Positions 28,955 through 38,854 of a stretch of 64,000 bases of DNA are shown here, one piece after another. Numbering within the stretch: position 1 is the stretch's first letter; each line of letters opens with the position of its first letter. The DNA is taken from positions 1-64,000 of IMG/VR virus record IMGVR_UViG_3300036791_001907; one strand, given 5' to 3'. The notes beneath the pieces were generated by a model that searched no databases, was not told the DNA's origin, and was given only the letters and a program-made list of their open reading frames with translations. The position numbers and the translations under genes are program-made. The stretch comes from a virus.

Positions 28955-30639
28955 TGCCGTCGGACGCACCGTGGGCCCGTTATGATCCGCGGATCCGCCT
29001 GCTGGTTAGCGGCCAGGAGATGCCCTGTATTCGCTGCTCGGTGGACTACGAGCTGAACGCCATCCCGCAGGCGGCGGCAACCCTCGCCGTGGGCCGCGAC
29101 ACCTACAGCGGCGCGCCGTCGCCGGTACACGGGCTGGTCGAGAACTTCGTCGACCGGGCGCCGGCCGAGATCTGGATCAACCCCTACGCGCAGGGCCCAT
29201 CCGATAGCTCGGCGGCGCAGCCGGGCGACCTGGGCCTTCCCGGCGGCTGGGTGCGGATCTTCGACGGCTTCGTCACCGGGGCCGGTTTCAGCCGCTCCCG
29301 CGGGCATGCGCAGTTCACCATCCAGATGGAGAACTGGCTCTCGGAGCTGGGGTTCAGCTCGATCTTCTCCAAGATGAGCCACCCGGCCAATCCGGGAAAG
29401 TATTCCTTCGGGGCGCTGGGCCCGACGGGCAGCGCCGGCGCCGTCTGGGCCAACATGGCGCTCGGCGCCGATCTCATCGACGCCGGCAATCTCAGCGTCG
29501 ACTTCTGGGGCGAGGCGCTGAAGCCGTTCTTCCTGATGCTCTGTGACATGGATGCCTTCTGGGCCTGGGATCCGGCCCTCCACGGGGAGGGCGCCAACGA
29601 CGGCGCCAAGGCGGCCCTCCAGCGGTTCAACAGTCCCTGGCAGCAGCCGCTGGCCATGGACATGACGCCCGATGCGGATGTCGTCGCCAACATCGTGGCC
29701 CACATCAGTGAAACCACCGGCGATCCCTCGCAGCTGGCCAACCAGACGCTCTGGGATGTGCTGATCGGATCGTTCGCCTCCGAGTACCTGTTCGCGATCG
29801 TGCCCCGGGTCGAGGACGCGGTCGTGGCTGCGTTCCTTCCCGGCTACCGCCAGAACTTCACCACCATCTCCGCCAACACGGAGACCCAGATCGAATGGAT
29901 GCGCGGTCTCGGCCGGCCGCTCCGCGGCGTGGGCATCCTCTGCGGCACGGACTCCACCACCGGCGCCACGAAGCCCGGCGAGGGCGCTGATCCGGAACTC
30001 GGCATCGGCGGCTTCTACTCGCCCTATGCGGCCGAGGACGCCAGCGCCAAGGGCATGGTCATCATCACCCAGGGTCCGGCCTGGATGACCAAGCTTTACT
30101 GGCCCAGCCTGTACGGCGCGGAGTCCACCGGGGTCAGCGGCGGCAACGGCAACGGCGGCAACCCCGCGCAGCGGGCCGCGGGCGGCGGTAACGCCATCGG
30201 CAATGCCGTGCAGCCCGGGGGCAAGGCCGTGAACAACGTGCCGGATGACGTGAAGCAGCGCCTGAACGGCATCGTCCTGCCGTTCCTTTCCCGGTATGCG
30301 CAGGCGCGGTATGCCCTCGAGAAGCTCCGCACCCGCCAGGCCGTGTGCTCCTGCCCCTTCCGGCTCGATATTGCTCCCGGCTCGACGGTCATGGTCCAGA
30401 ACGCGGGCGAGCAGTTCATCGCGGGCGATCCGTTTGCCGCGCCGTTCTTTGCGCATGTCGCTCGCGTCTCGCTGGCCGTGGACGGCGAGCAGCCCATGAT
30501 CGGCACGTCGTTTCACCTGTCGCACATCCGCAGTGCCAAGGAGAATGGCCAGGACACGACGTCGGTCGCCTCGCATCCGCTTTACAAGCAGACCTTCGCG
30601 GGATGTCCCCTGGTCGGTAACCCCGCAAAGCAGAAGTAG
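28954..30639 (+). CDS. Baseplate hub protein (gp27/gpD-like)
   Basis: N-terminal SVDYELNAIPQAAATL...IFDGFVTG and C-terminal FRLDIAPGSTVMV...HVARVS; size and position fit a hub. Confidence 0.6.
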   Translation: MPSDAPWARYDPRIRLLVSGQEMPCIRCSVDYELNAIPQAAATLAVGRDTYSGAPSPVHGLVENFVDRAPAEIWINPYAQGPSDSSAAQPGDLGLPGGWVRIFDGFVTGAGFSRSRGHAQFTIQMENWLSELGFSSIFSKMSHPANPGKYSFGALGPTGSAGAVWANMALGADLIDAGNLSVDFWGEALKPFFLMLCDMDAFWAWDPALHGEGANDGAKAALQRFNSPWQQPLAMDMTPDADVVANIVAHISETTGDPSQLANQTLWDVLIGSFASEYLFAIVPRVEDAVVAAFLPGYRQNFTTISANTETQIEWMRGLGRPLRGVGILCGTDSTTGATKPGEGADPELGIGGFYSPYAAEDASAKGMVIITQGPAWMTKLYWPSLYGAESTGVSGGNGNGGNPAQRAAGGGNAIGNAVQPGGKAVNNVPDDVKQRLNGIVLPFLSRYAQARYALEKLRTRQAVCSCPFRLDIAPGSTVMVQNAGEQFIAGDPFAAPFFAHVARVSLAVDGEQPMIGTSFHLSHIRSAKENGQDTTSVASHPLYKQTFAGCPLVGNPAKQK

Positions 30640-30666
30640 CCGTTACGCCGCATAACGCGGGAGCCC

Positions 30667-31461
30667 GTGATGCCCGGTTTCACCCCATTCAAACCCGATC
30701 CTGGCTTCGATACGCCAACCAACCGGCTCGAGCCCCGGTTCGCGCCCGCCTTCCATGCCTGGTCGGCTGATCCCAGCCCGGCGCGCGCCGGCGAGTTCCT
30801 GAAGACCATCGATCCGGTGATCCAGGAGGGACTCTCGGTTTACGGCGGCGCCAACGCCAACCCGATGATGCGGAGCCGCGCCCGCCAGATCGCGCTGGAC
30901 GCGGCCCGGAAGTATGATCCAGCCCGGGCCAGCCTGAAGACGCACCTGATGGCCCATTTCCAGGGCCTGCGCCGCTACGGCGCGCAGCAGACCCAGGTGA
31001 TCCATGTCCCCGAGGCGGTGGCGCTGGACCAGCAGCACCTGGTCACGGCCGAGACTGAGCTGCGCGACCGGTTCGGCCGCGACCCTTCCGACCTGGAGCT
31101 GGCCGACCATACCGGGCTGTCGCGCAAGCGCATTGCCCACATCCGGGGCTACCGGCCGGCGGTGTCCGAAGGGCAGCTGGCTGTCAGCGGCGATGAGGAC
31201 GAGGAAGGGGGCGCCGGCGGCGGGTTCGAGCCGGCCGTCGAAGGACCTGACCGATCCATGCTGCGCGCTCAGTTCCTCTATCACGACCTCGGCCCGCATG
31301 ACCAGGTGATCCTGGAATACGGCATGGGCCTAAACGGCAACCCCAGACTGCCGGCCGCGCAGATCGCGCGGCGGCTGCGGATCTCGCCGGGTGCCGTCAG
31401 CCAGCGGGCGGCGCGGATCCAGCAGCAGCTCGACGAGCTCGAGGACTCCGAGGTGCTCTGA
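30667..31461 (+). CDS. Phage RNA polymerase sigma-70-family factor (FliA/WhiG/SigF-like)
   Basis: Region 2 KYDPARASLKTH; region 3 ELRDRFGRDPSDLELADHTG; region 4 HTH DQVILEYGMGLNG...AQIARRLRISPGAVSQR. Confidence 0.85.
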   Translation: MMPGFTPFKPDPGFDTPTNRLEPRFAPAFHAWSADPSPARAGEFLKTIDPVIQEGLSVYGGANANPMMRSRARQIALDAARKYDPARASLKTHLMAHFQGLRRYGAQQTQVIHVPEAVALDQQHLVTAETELRDRFGRDPSDLELADHTGLSRKRIAHIRGYRPAVSEGQLAVSGDEDEEGGAGGGFEPAVEGPDRSMLRAQFLYHDLGPHDQVILEYGMGLNGNPRLPAAQIARRLRISPGAVSQRAARIQQQLDELEDSEVL

Positions 31462-31485
31462 TAGTCACCGACCAGGGGAGCCGCG

Positions 31486-32001
31486 ATGAGTAACGGGTCT
31501 AGCAGCGACCAGGGCGGCAGCCAGAGCAAGGGCAAGATCCATGATATCTTCCAGAAGAATATTGAAGGGCTGGCAACGCAGGGCGGCGAGCAGGGCGATG
31601 CCATTCGTGGTACAGGATTCCGTCCCTGGAACCGTCCGGATCAAACCACAAGTGACACCCGCGCAGCGCGCAGCATGGACCCGCGCGACGCCGCCGGCAT
31701 GGATCCGCTTGATATCGCCGGCATCACCGACGGCTACAACCGCGACGAGATCGATACCAACTACGGCGAGCTGATCCAGTCGGGCGAGGACGCGGGGACC
31801 TGCGGCGACGTGATCGCGGTCAAGACCCAGGCCGACTACGTCGCGATGCAGGAGCGCGGCTACCGGGCCCGCAACGCGACGCCGGTCCGGTGCATCGGCC
31901 ACGCGATGGCCCGCCGCAAGGGCCACTCCAATGACGCCGGCGTCTTCCTGGGCGGCGTACTCAAGCACGTGCAGAGCGCGATCAAGGCGGGACAGGGATG
32001 A
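31486..32001 (+). CDS. Hypothetical protein
   Basis: SD GGGGAG; good codon bias; coupled to the downstream gene. Confidence 0.55.
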   Translation: MSNGSSSDQGGSQSKGKIHDIFQKNIEGLATQGGEQGDAIRGTGFRPWNRPDQTTSDTRAARSMDPRDAAGMDPLDIAGITDGYNRDEIDTNYGELIQSGEDAGTCGDVIAVKTQADYVAMQERGYRARNATPVRCIGHAMARRKGHSNDAGVFLGGVLKHVQSAIKAGQG

Positions 32002-32474
32002 GCAACGGTACCCTGCGGGTCTACGATGTCCTGGCGCTGCAAGGGGCCAGGCCCACCGGCGAGGTCCAGCTCGAACAGATCCTGTTCGATGCGGATGCCG
32101 CCGGCATGCTCTGCACCGGGATCCAGAAGCTGGCCCAGCGGTTCGTCCTGGAGCTGCTCACCGAAAAGGGCTCCATGCGCTACCTGCCCAGCCGCGGCAC
32201 CACGTTCATGACCCAGCTCCGCCAGGGTTACCTCCGTACCGAGACTGATGTCTTCATCGCGTTTAACCTTGCCCTGAACGATCTCGAGCTGAACCTGACC
32301 GCGGAGGATGCGACCACGGACGCGCCCGACGAGCAGTACGCCAGCGCCACGCTCAATAGCGTGACGATCCTGGCCGGGACCGTGGTCCTGCACGTGACGC
32401 TCATGAGCATGGCCGGCATCGCGCGCCAGGTGGTCATGCCGGTCTCGACCACACCGGGCATCGTCCCGAGCTAA
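31998..32474 (+). CDS. Baseplate wedge subunit, gp25-like
   Basis: TGIQKLAQRFVLELLTEKGS...RGTTF is a gp25/GPW motif; 158 aa; precedes the J-like gene. Confidence 0.7.
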   Translation: MSNGTLRVYDVLALQGARPTGEVQLEQILFDADAAGMLCTGIQKLAQRFVLELLTEKGSMRYLPSRGTTFMTQLRQGYLRTETDVFIAFNLALNDLELNLTAEDATTDAPDEQYASATLNSVTILAGTVVLHVTLMSMAGIARQVVMPVSTTPGIVPS

Positions 32475-32485
32475 CGGAGACACCC

Positions 32486-34147
32486 ATGGCCGACATCCTC
32501 GATGTGCTCGACCTGTCGACGATCGACCCCACGCTCGTGGACCTGGTGCACCAGCAGATCTCCGAGCGGATGGCGGAACAGTTCCCCGAGCTGGAGATCA
32601 AACGGGGAGTTATTCATGATATCGTCCTGTATCTGATGTCGATCCTGGGTGCCGAGCAACGGACCCGGATGCAACTGATCTTGCAATCCAACAGCCTGCT
32701 GTCGATCTCCCAGAACCCGGCGCTGAGCGACGACACCACCGTCGATCTGCTGCTCTCGAACTTCCGGATCACCCGCGAGCCCGGCGCGCCCGCCGCCGGT
32801 ACGATCACCATCATTCTCAGCGCGCTGACACCGGTCGTGATCCCGGCGGCCGCCCTGTTCTCTTCCGGCACCATGACGTTCACGCCCGGCCAGGCCTACG
32901 CGGCGCGGATCAACGCCGCCACGGCCACCACCGATACGGACCGCGTGCTCTACCCGCTGGGCGACGGCACTTACGCATTTTCAATACCGGTGACGGCCAC
33001 GGCGGCGGGTTCGGCCGGCATGCTCCGCCGCGGCGCCGGCCTGACGCCCCTGGACCCCATCCCCTACTTCGACCGGGCGTTCGCCGAGAGCGACTTCACG
33101 GGTGGTTTCGACCCGGAAACCAACCAGGACATGCTCAACCAGCTCCAGAGCGGCATGGCGGCCCAGGCGTGGTCGAACCGGGTCACGATCGACGCCTCGA
33201 TCCGCGCCATGCCCGAGTTCTCCCGCATCCTTCAGACCTCGATCATCGGCGCCGGCGATCCCGAGATGCTCCGCGACAAGCATACGGTGATGCCGATCGC
33301 CAACTTCGGCCGGGTCGATCTCTATGTTCGCACCCAGGCGCTGCCGGCGTCGCGCACCCTGACCTACACGGCCACCTTCATCCAGGCCACTTCCGGCGGC
33401 GGGATCTGGCAGTTCTCGGTCGCCTCGGCCGACGCCCCCAGCTTCTACGTGGTCGACCGGGTCGGGCCGCCGCTGGGGCCACAGGATGATGCGGGTTACG
33501 AGATCACCAGCGACATTCGCGGCGTGGATCTGAACTACCCCGGTTTCGTGCCCGACATCATGAACCCGCTGGAGGCGACCTATAGCCGCTATCAGGCGGC
33601 GACCGTCCAGTTCCTGGACACGGACACGCCGGTTACCGGCCTGGTTCCGAACCAGTCCACCGCGCAGTACTCCGTCTCGCTCCTGCTGATGCCCCTGATC
33701 GACGCGATCCAGGATACCGTCTCCGGCCGCTCCTTCGGCGCCCCGGCCGGGGACTGCCTGGTCAAGGCCCCGGTCCCCTGCTTCCTGACGCTCAGCTTCA
33801 ACATCAACAAGCGGGCCACCGTGATCGTCGATCAGCCGACCATCGATGGCATCAGTACGTCCGTGGCCAGTCTGGTCAACTCGCTGGGCTTCATCGGCCA
33901 GCTCTACGCCAGCCTGCTGGCCGAGACGATCCAGCAACAGCTGCCCGATGGCGCCTACCTCGGCGCCATCGATATGTTCGGAACCATCCGGCTGCCGGAC
34001 GGCACGATCCGGCGGATCCGCAGCCCGGAGGTCCTTGAAGTCCCTGATATCCCTGCGCTGATGGTCACCGCGCGCACGGTGATCTTTCTGCTCGACCCGC
34101 TCGACATCGGTATCTCCGTGATCGATGTGGACATGCCCGACATCTAA
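32486..34147 (+). CDS. Baseplate J-like (gp6) wedge protein
   Basis: NFRITREPGAPAAGTITI...VTATAAGSAG...FTGGFDPETNQDM...GRVDLYV are Baseplate_J motifs. Confidence 0.85.
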   Translation: MADILDVLDLSTIDPTLVDLVHQQISERMAEQFPELEIKRGVIHDIVLYLMSILGAEQRTRMQLILQSNSLLSISQNPALSDDTTVDLLLSNFRITREPGAPAAGTITIILSALTPVVIPAAALFSSGTMTFTPGQAYAARINAATATTDTDRVLYPLGDGTYAFSIPVTATAAGSAGMLRRGAGLTPLDPIPYFDRAFAESDFTGGFDPETNQDMLNQLQSGMAAQAWSNRVTIDASIRAMPEFSRILQTSIIGAGDPEMLRDKHTVMPIANFGRVDLYVRTQALPASRTLTYTATFIQATSGGGIWQFSVASADAPSFYVVDRVGPPLGPQDDAGYEITSDIRGVDLNYPGFVPDIMNPLEATYSRYQAATVQFLDTDTPVTGLVPNQSTAQYSVSLLLMPLIDAIQDTVSGRSFGAPAGDCLVKAPVPCFLTLSFNINKRATVIVDQPTIDGISTSVASLVNSLGFIGQLYASLLAETIQQQLPDGAYLGAIDMFGTIRLPDGTIRRIRSPEVLEVPDIPALMVTARTVIFLLDPLDIGISVIDVDMPDI

Positions 34148-34156
34148 GGAGGAGTC

Positions 34157-34642
34157 ATGACGACCGCCATTCTCCAGGGACATCGACAATGCGTTCGCGA
34201 CTTCATCGACACTGTGCTGGAGGCCCACTATAACCTGGGCGCAGCCCGGCCCACGCTGGCCGGCCTGGTCGCTTGTCTGACCGATGAGGAGATCACTGGC
34301 CCGTCGCGCGACGAGCCACTGGCTGTAGCGCCTGAGTTCCGTCAGCCCCATCCGACCGGCTGGCTCCGCCGCGACCACGGCAGCGCCGGCGTCTGGGCAC
34401 ATCTGCCGGACACGGGATGTTACCTGCACTTCCCGGATCGGTTCGCAGTCCGCTACAAGTTCGAGGTCAGCGGTGACTACGCGGCGCTGTCACTCCAGGC
34501 GGCGCCGCCGCTTCCGGGATTCGTGTTTTCGGAGAACTTCGTCGAGGTTCCGATCGGTCGGCTGATCATCGACGCGACGCTGATCACGATCCTCGTGCTC
34601 GATCATTCTCCGCATCAGGACGTTGAGATCCTCGTCTCATGA
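34157..34642 (+). CDS. Hypothetical protein inserted in the baseplate operon
   Basis: Strong SD AAGGAGGAG; ATGA overlap with the next gene; weaker codon bias. Confidence 0.55.
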   Translation: MTTAILQGHRQCVRDFIDTVLEAHYNLGAARPTLAGLVACLTDEEITGPSRDEPLAVAPEFRQPHPTGWLRRDHGSAGVWAHLPDTGCYLHFPDRFAVRYKFEVSGDYAALSLQAAPPLPGFVFSENFVEVPIGRLIIDATLITILVLDHSPHQDVEILVS

Positions 34643-36159
34643 CCTACGCCTACGTCGACAGCGATCTGCACAATGCCCGCAAGCTGCTCTCCTTCCTGGG
34701 CAGCTTCTGGGGCGACACGTACCAGGGAGTCGACCAGATCGTCGCGTACTGCGCCGATCTGGGCGAGGCCGGCTACCAGGCCAGCATCGACCTGTCGGAG
34801 GTGATCAACGCGGTCGGCCGCCATACCGTGCCGGTGTACCACACGGAGCAGTGGCAGGTTTATTACCTGCTCGGGTCCCAGAAGGGCATCGCCCCGGTCA
34901 GCTACGGCGCTCCGGGGGCCGGCAGCTTCGGCGGCAGCCTGGTCTACGGCTCCAGCGGCGGCGCGCCGGCCTACTCCTGGACCTGTCCGGTCACCACGGT
35001 CGACCTGATCTTCAACCGCATCTACGAGCCGTCCGCCACCTTGACGCGCGGCGTGGACTTCGACATCACCGCCGGCCGGCTGGTCTTCCGCGCTGACCCG
35101 TTCGCCGATCCGCGGTTCATCGCGCAGCCGGTCATCGACGATACCGGCCAGGAGGTCGACAGCCAGCTGGCGCTGTGGCTGTTCCGGCCGGCCATCGATC
35201 AGGAGTTCATCTGGACCCAGTTCGGCTACGTCATGGGTATCCGCCTGGCGTCGTCCCAGGACTACAAGGACCTGGTCAACGCGCTCCTGGATGCGATCGT
35301 CGGCTGCACGGCGGCCGATCAGCTGCTCGCCGCGCTGGCCGCCGTGACGGACTGTCCGCTGGCCCGCGGCAATGAAGTCGTCGAGGACATCGCCATCGTT
35401 GCCGATGAACTTCTGGTGATCACCGATGGCTGGGTTTACCGGTACTCGACGGCATGTACGGCCGTCGTTGCCATCGGTGATCAGCTCACCGCCGGCGACG
35501 CGCTCGTCGACACGGTCGAGACCCATTACCTGAACCACGGCACGGTGCCGGACTGGCTGGATGCGCTGTCGGTCGGGCACAACCTGCTGCTGGCCAGCTA
35601 CCTGTCGGACATCATCTTCAGCAACACCGAGACGCCCCTTGTTGTCGAGCTGAATGTTGACGGCTACACCAGGGTCAGCTGGGCCCTGGGCGGGTTCCCG
35701 GCCGACGTGACCGAGTTCTGGGACCAGGTCCACAGCCGCGGGGTGTCCAGCGGCACGACCCTGGCCCACCTGCTCGATGTCCGGACCAGTCCGGTCGGCG
35801 AGCCGACGGCGGCCAGTCTGCCGGCGACGATCAATCCGCTCGAGTTCCTGGCGGCCAACTACTTGCGGCACAACGCCCTGCTAGTCAGGATCAGGACCGG
35901 CGGCTTCGGCCCGGGAGCGCTGGGCCTGGAACAGCTCCGCCATCTGCGGCGGATCATACCACCCCATGAGCTGGTCCTGATCGTGATCGAGATGCCGGTC
36001 GTGTCGGACTCTGTTACAGTGGACCAGGTCGCTGAGGCCCTGCTATCCTACAGCGCCGCAGAGCCGCTCTATGAGGTCGCTGATCCGAGCCTCATCGGCG
36101 ACGGGCCAGCCACCGGGAGCGTGGTCCTGGGCACCTGTTACGCGAGGGCTGGTTCATGA
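34639..36159 (+). CDS. Baseplate wedge protein (gpI/gp7-like)
   Basis: Follows the J-like gene; LLSFLGSFW start, FGYVMG...YKDLVNALLD and LRRIIPPH motifs. Confidence 0.6.
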   Translation: MTYAYVDSDLHNARKLLSFLGSFWGDTYQGVDQIVAYCADLGEAGYQASIDLSEVINAVGRHTVPVYHTEQWQVYYLLGSQKGIAPVSYGAPGAGSFGGSLVYGSSGGAPAYSWTCPVTTVDLIFNRIYEPSATLTRGVDFDITAGRLVFRADPFADPRFIAQPVIDDTGQEVDSQLALWLFRPAIDQEFIWTQFGYVMGIRLASSQDYKDLVNALLDAIVGCTAADQLLAALAAVTDCPLARGNEVVEDIAIVADELLVITDGWVYRYSTACTAVVAIGDQLTAGDALVDTVETHYLNHGTVPDWLDALSVGHNLLLASYLSDIIFSNTETPLVVELNVDGYTRVSWALGGFPADVTEFWDQVHSRGVSSGTTLAHLLDVRTSPVGEPTAASLPATINPLEFLAANYLRHNALLVRIRTGGFGPGALGLEQLRHLRRIIPPHELVLIVIEMPVVSDSVTVDQVAEALLSYSAAEPLYEVADPSLIGDGPATGSVVLGTCYARAGS

Positions 36160-36413
36160 TGACGACAACCGGCGCAGCCGGACCCGAGCGGCTCTTTCGC
36201 GAGACCAGGCCCGGCGATACCTTCCAGGCCATCTGGAAAGGGAAGCGCGGCGACTACATGACCCTGGACCTGGCCCGGGCCGCACCGGACAGCAACAAGC
36301 CATGGGACTACCGGGCGGCGGCTCATCTTGAGACTGGCGAGGTGGTCTGGTTCGCGGACACTCAGATGGTCGCCATGACCCAGATGAAGGCGGTTCCCCT
36401 GACGAACACCTAG
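36156..36413 (+). CDS. Small hypothetical protein inserted in the baseplate operon
   Basis: Overlapping start; fills the gap; ETGEVVWF motif. Confidence 0.5.
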   Translation: MMTTTGAAGPERLFRETRPGDTFQAIWKGKRGDYMTLDLARAAPDSNKPWDYRAAAHLETGEVVWFADTQMVAMTQMKAVPLTNT

Positions 36414-36429
36414 CAAGGACGCAACTTCC

Positions 36430-37020
36430 ATGGACGGACCCAGGGCTGGCGGCAAGCACATCGCCTTCCATGTCGACGACCGGACCAGGATCTGGACTCC
36501 GATCCAGCGCCTGCACACTCCGAACACGCTGCTCTACACCTGGGGCTACATCGTCGCGCGCTCGGTCGGGATGGGCGATCCGAACTACCGGGTCGCCTGG
36601 GCCTACCTCGAGTTCGAGAACAACTCCGGCACCATTTCCGTCCCATCGTTCAGCCGCGCCGATGGGCTCCAGTACTACATGGATCTGTCATCCAGCTCGG
36701 TCCGGGACTACCTCCGGGTGCCGATCCGGCCCTACCCCGAGATCGTCGTCGCCCCCGGCTTCGAGCAGTACCTGGACCCGAGTCAGGGCAACCAGTGCAT
36801 CTTCTACGCGCAGAGCGCAGGTGGTACCGGGGTGCATGGCCGGCCATTCTCGGATGGGGTGCAGTCCAAGGTCTTCGGGATCGCCCTGGCGGCCGGCCCG
36901 GCTCCCAATGATCCGTCGCAGGACGTGCTCTTCGCCCGCAGCTACTACGACCCGGCGAACCAGGTCCCCAAGGTGCCCTCGGGACAGATCGGCGTCCAGT
37001 ATCCAATGACCTTCGAGTGA
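36430..37020 (+). CDS. Baseplate/fibre attachment protein
   Basis: SD AAGGA; YLEFEN and DVLFARSY motifs; position before the fibre genes. Confidence 0.5.
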   Translation: MDGPRAGGKHIAFHVDDRTRIWTPIQRLHTPNTLLYTWGYIVARSVGMGDPNYRVAWAYLEFENNSGTISVPSFSRADGLQYYMDLSSSSVRDYLRVPIRPYPEIVVAPGFEQYLDPSQGNQCIFYAQSAGGTGVHGRPFSDGVQSKVFGIALAAGPAPNDPSQDVLFARSYYDPANQVPKVPSGQIGVQYPMTFE

Positions 37021-37038
37021 GCGCTCAGGGAGGAGCTG

Positions 37039-38853
37039 ATGCCCGGGACATGGATCAACCGCATCCAGCACGTCAACGACGGCGAGCCCGTCAGCGGCGC
37101 CGTCGACAGCCGGCCGACCCGCGGCCTCGAAGGCAACACCCAGTACCTCAAGGACCGGCTTGACTCCGCCGAGCTGGGCGAAGGGGTCTGCGCCTACGGT
37201 GAGACGGTCGAGGCCGCGGCGGCCGTCGGCATGCCCGTCTACCGCAACAGCGTCACGGCGCAGTACGAGCGGGCCTTCGCCGCCGTCGTGCCGGACCCGG
37301 CGACCGGTGTGCTCGTGCCGGCCCCGTCCTGCGACTGCGTGGGCATCATCATCTTCAAGTACAACGCCACCCTGGCCGACATCCTCCTGGGCGGCCAGCG
37401 GCAGGTCGATCTTTCGGCGGCCGTCGATCCCACGCTGCTCGTCGATGGCGTGGCGCTCCCGGGCCGGTATTACCTGTCCAGCGCCACGCCCGGCATGCTC
37501 GTCCAGCAGCGTCCCCCCGTCTCGGTCTCGGTGCTGGTCTACACCGATGACGGCCTGGCGATCGTCCAGCCGGTGCAGCGCGACTTCCTCGAAGACCACA
37601 TTCATTACAAGGTCCAGCTCTATGCGCAGCCGGCCGGAACCAATGTCATCAGCGCGGGCCGCCACTCGGTGGGTTCACCGGACCCGACCCTGCCGGGCTG
37701 GCTGCCGGCCGGCCACCCCAGCTTCAACGGCCGGGCGCCGACCGGCGCCGCGTTCGGTTACAACCTGGCGGCGCACCCGCAGCTCTCGCGGATCTTCCCG
37801 CCGATCCCCCCGTCGGGAGCGGTCGTCTACCTCGATCGCGGCGAGGACAGTACCGGCGGCAAGCTGGTCCCCATGGGTCCCGGCGGCCTGTGCTCAGTCG
37901 ACTCGTTCGGCATCTGGTGGATGAGCGACTGTCAGGATGATGCCCCCTGGCCTGTGAACTGGTCCGCCCCCATCAACGACCAGACCGGTAACGCATCCAG
38001 CGGCCCCGAATGCCCGCGGATCGTGGACTTCGTGATCACGCTGTCCTACACCATGATGGTCTTCACCACCGAGCGCACCTGTGTGACCAGCTTGCAGCCA
38101 GCCGAGGGCAGCCCGCTGGTGTTCACCGACTGCGACGGCGATCCCGCGACGACCGGCGATCTGCTGGCCGACATGGATCTCAGGTTCCTGGTCGGCCCCG
38201 GCCCGGTCACCGGCAGCCTGGTCTTCAAGGAGCTGGACGGCGCCACCTTCTATCAGGGCCTCGTGGTCGAGGGGCTGACGGCCGGCCCCGGCTGCGCGCT
38301 CTCCTCCACGAACCCGACGCCCCAACCCGGCGGCGGCACCCTCCATCAGGGGATCGTCCAGGTCGCGATCGACACGGCGCCCGCGGAGCAGGAATTGCCG
38401 GTCGACCTGATCCGGCTGGCGCAGACCGAGGAGCGGTTCTATCTCGAGATCCCCTACATCGGGTTTGACCCCGGGGTCTCGACCAGCCTGCGAATGCGTT
38501 TCTACGTCCCTCCCGACGGCCTGCCCGCCAGCCCCATGGTGGCGCTGCGGATGCAGCTCCTGGGCCGGTCCGCCGGCACGCTGCCGCAGCTCACCGTGAC
38601 CTACCGGATCCTGCCGCGGCCGCAGGTGGCGACCAACCTGCCGGACATGACCGCCGAGCAGGCCATGCAGATCGTCACCAACGTGCCGGTCGGGGCCAAC
38701 CAGTACATCGAGGTCCAGGGTACGGCGTTCTCCGTCAGCGCTGGCGACACGATCCTGGTCAACCTGGTGCGGAGCAACAACGACGGCTACACCGATGAGG
38801 TCGGGTTGCTCCGCCCGGTCGGCATCCTGACGGGCACGGGCCCGGGGAGCTGA
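37039..38853 (+). CDS. Tail fibre-proximal/baseplate protein
   Basis: SD GGAGGAG; N-terminal DGEPVSGAVDSRPTRGLEGNTQYLKDRL resembles fibre N-termini; GRYYLSSATPGML motif. Confidence 0.6.
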   Translation: MPGTWINRIQHVNDGEPVSGAVDSRPTRGLEGNTQYLKDRLDSAELGEGVCAYGETVEAAAAVGMPVYRNSVTAQYERAFAAVVPDPATGVLVPAPSCDCVGIIIFKYNATLADILLGGQRQVDLSAAVDPTLLVDGVALPGRYYLSSATPGMLVQQRPPVSVSVLVYTDDGLAIVQPVQRDFLEDHIHYKVQLYAQPAGTNVISAGRHSVGSPDPTLPGWLPAGHPSFNGRAPTGAAFGYNLAAHPQLSRIFPPIPPSGAVVYLDRGEDSTGGKLVPMGPGGLCSVDSFGIWWMSDCQDDAPWPVNWSAPINDQTGNASSGPECPRIVDFVITLSYTMMVFTTERTCVTSLQPAEGSPLVFTDCDGDPATTGDLLADMDLRFLVGPGPVTGSLVFKELDGATFYQGLVVEGLTAGPGCALSSTNPTPQPGGGTLHQGIVQVAIDTAPAEQELPVDLIRLAQTEERFYLEIPYIGFDPGVSTSLRMRFYVPPDGLPASPMVALRMQLLGRSAGTLPQLTVTYRILPRPQVATNLPDMTAEQAMQIVTNVPVGANQYIEVQGTAFSVSAGDTILVNLVRSNNDGYTDEVGLLRPVGILTGTGPGS

Positions 38854-38854
38854 C

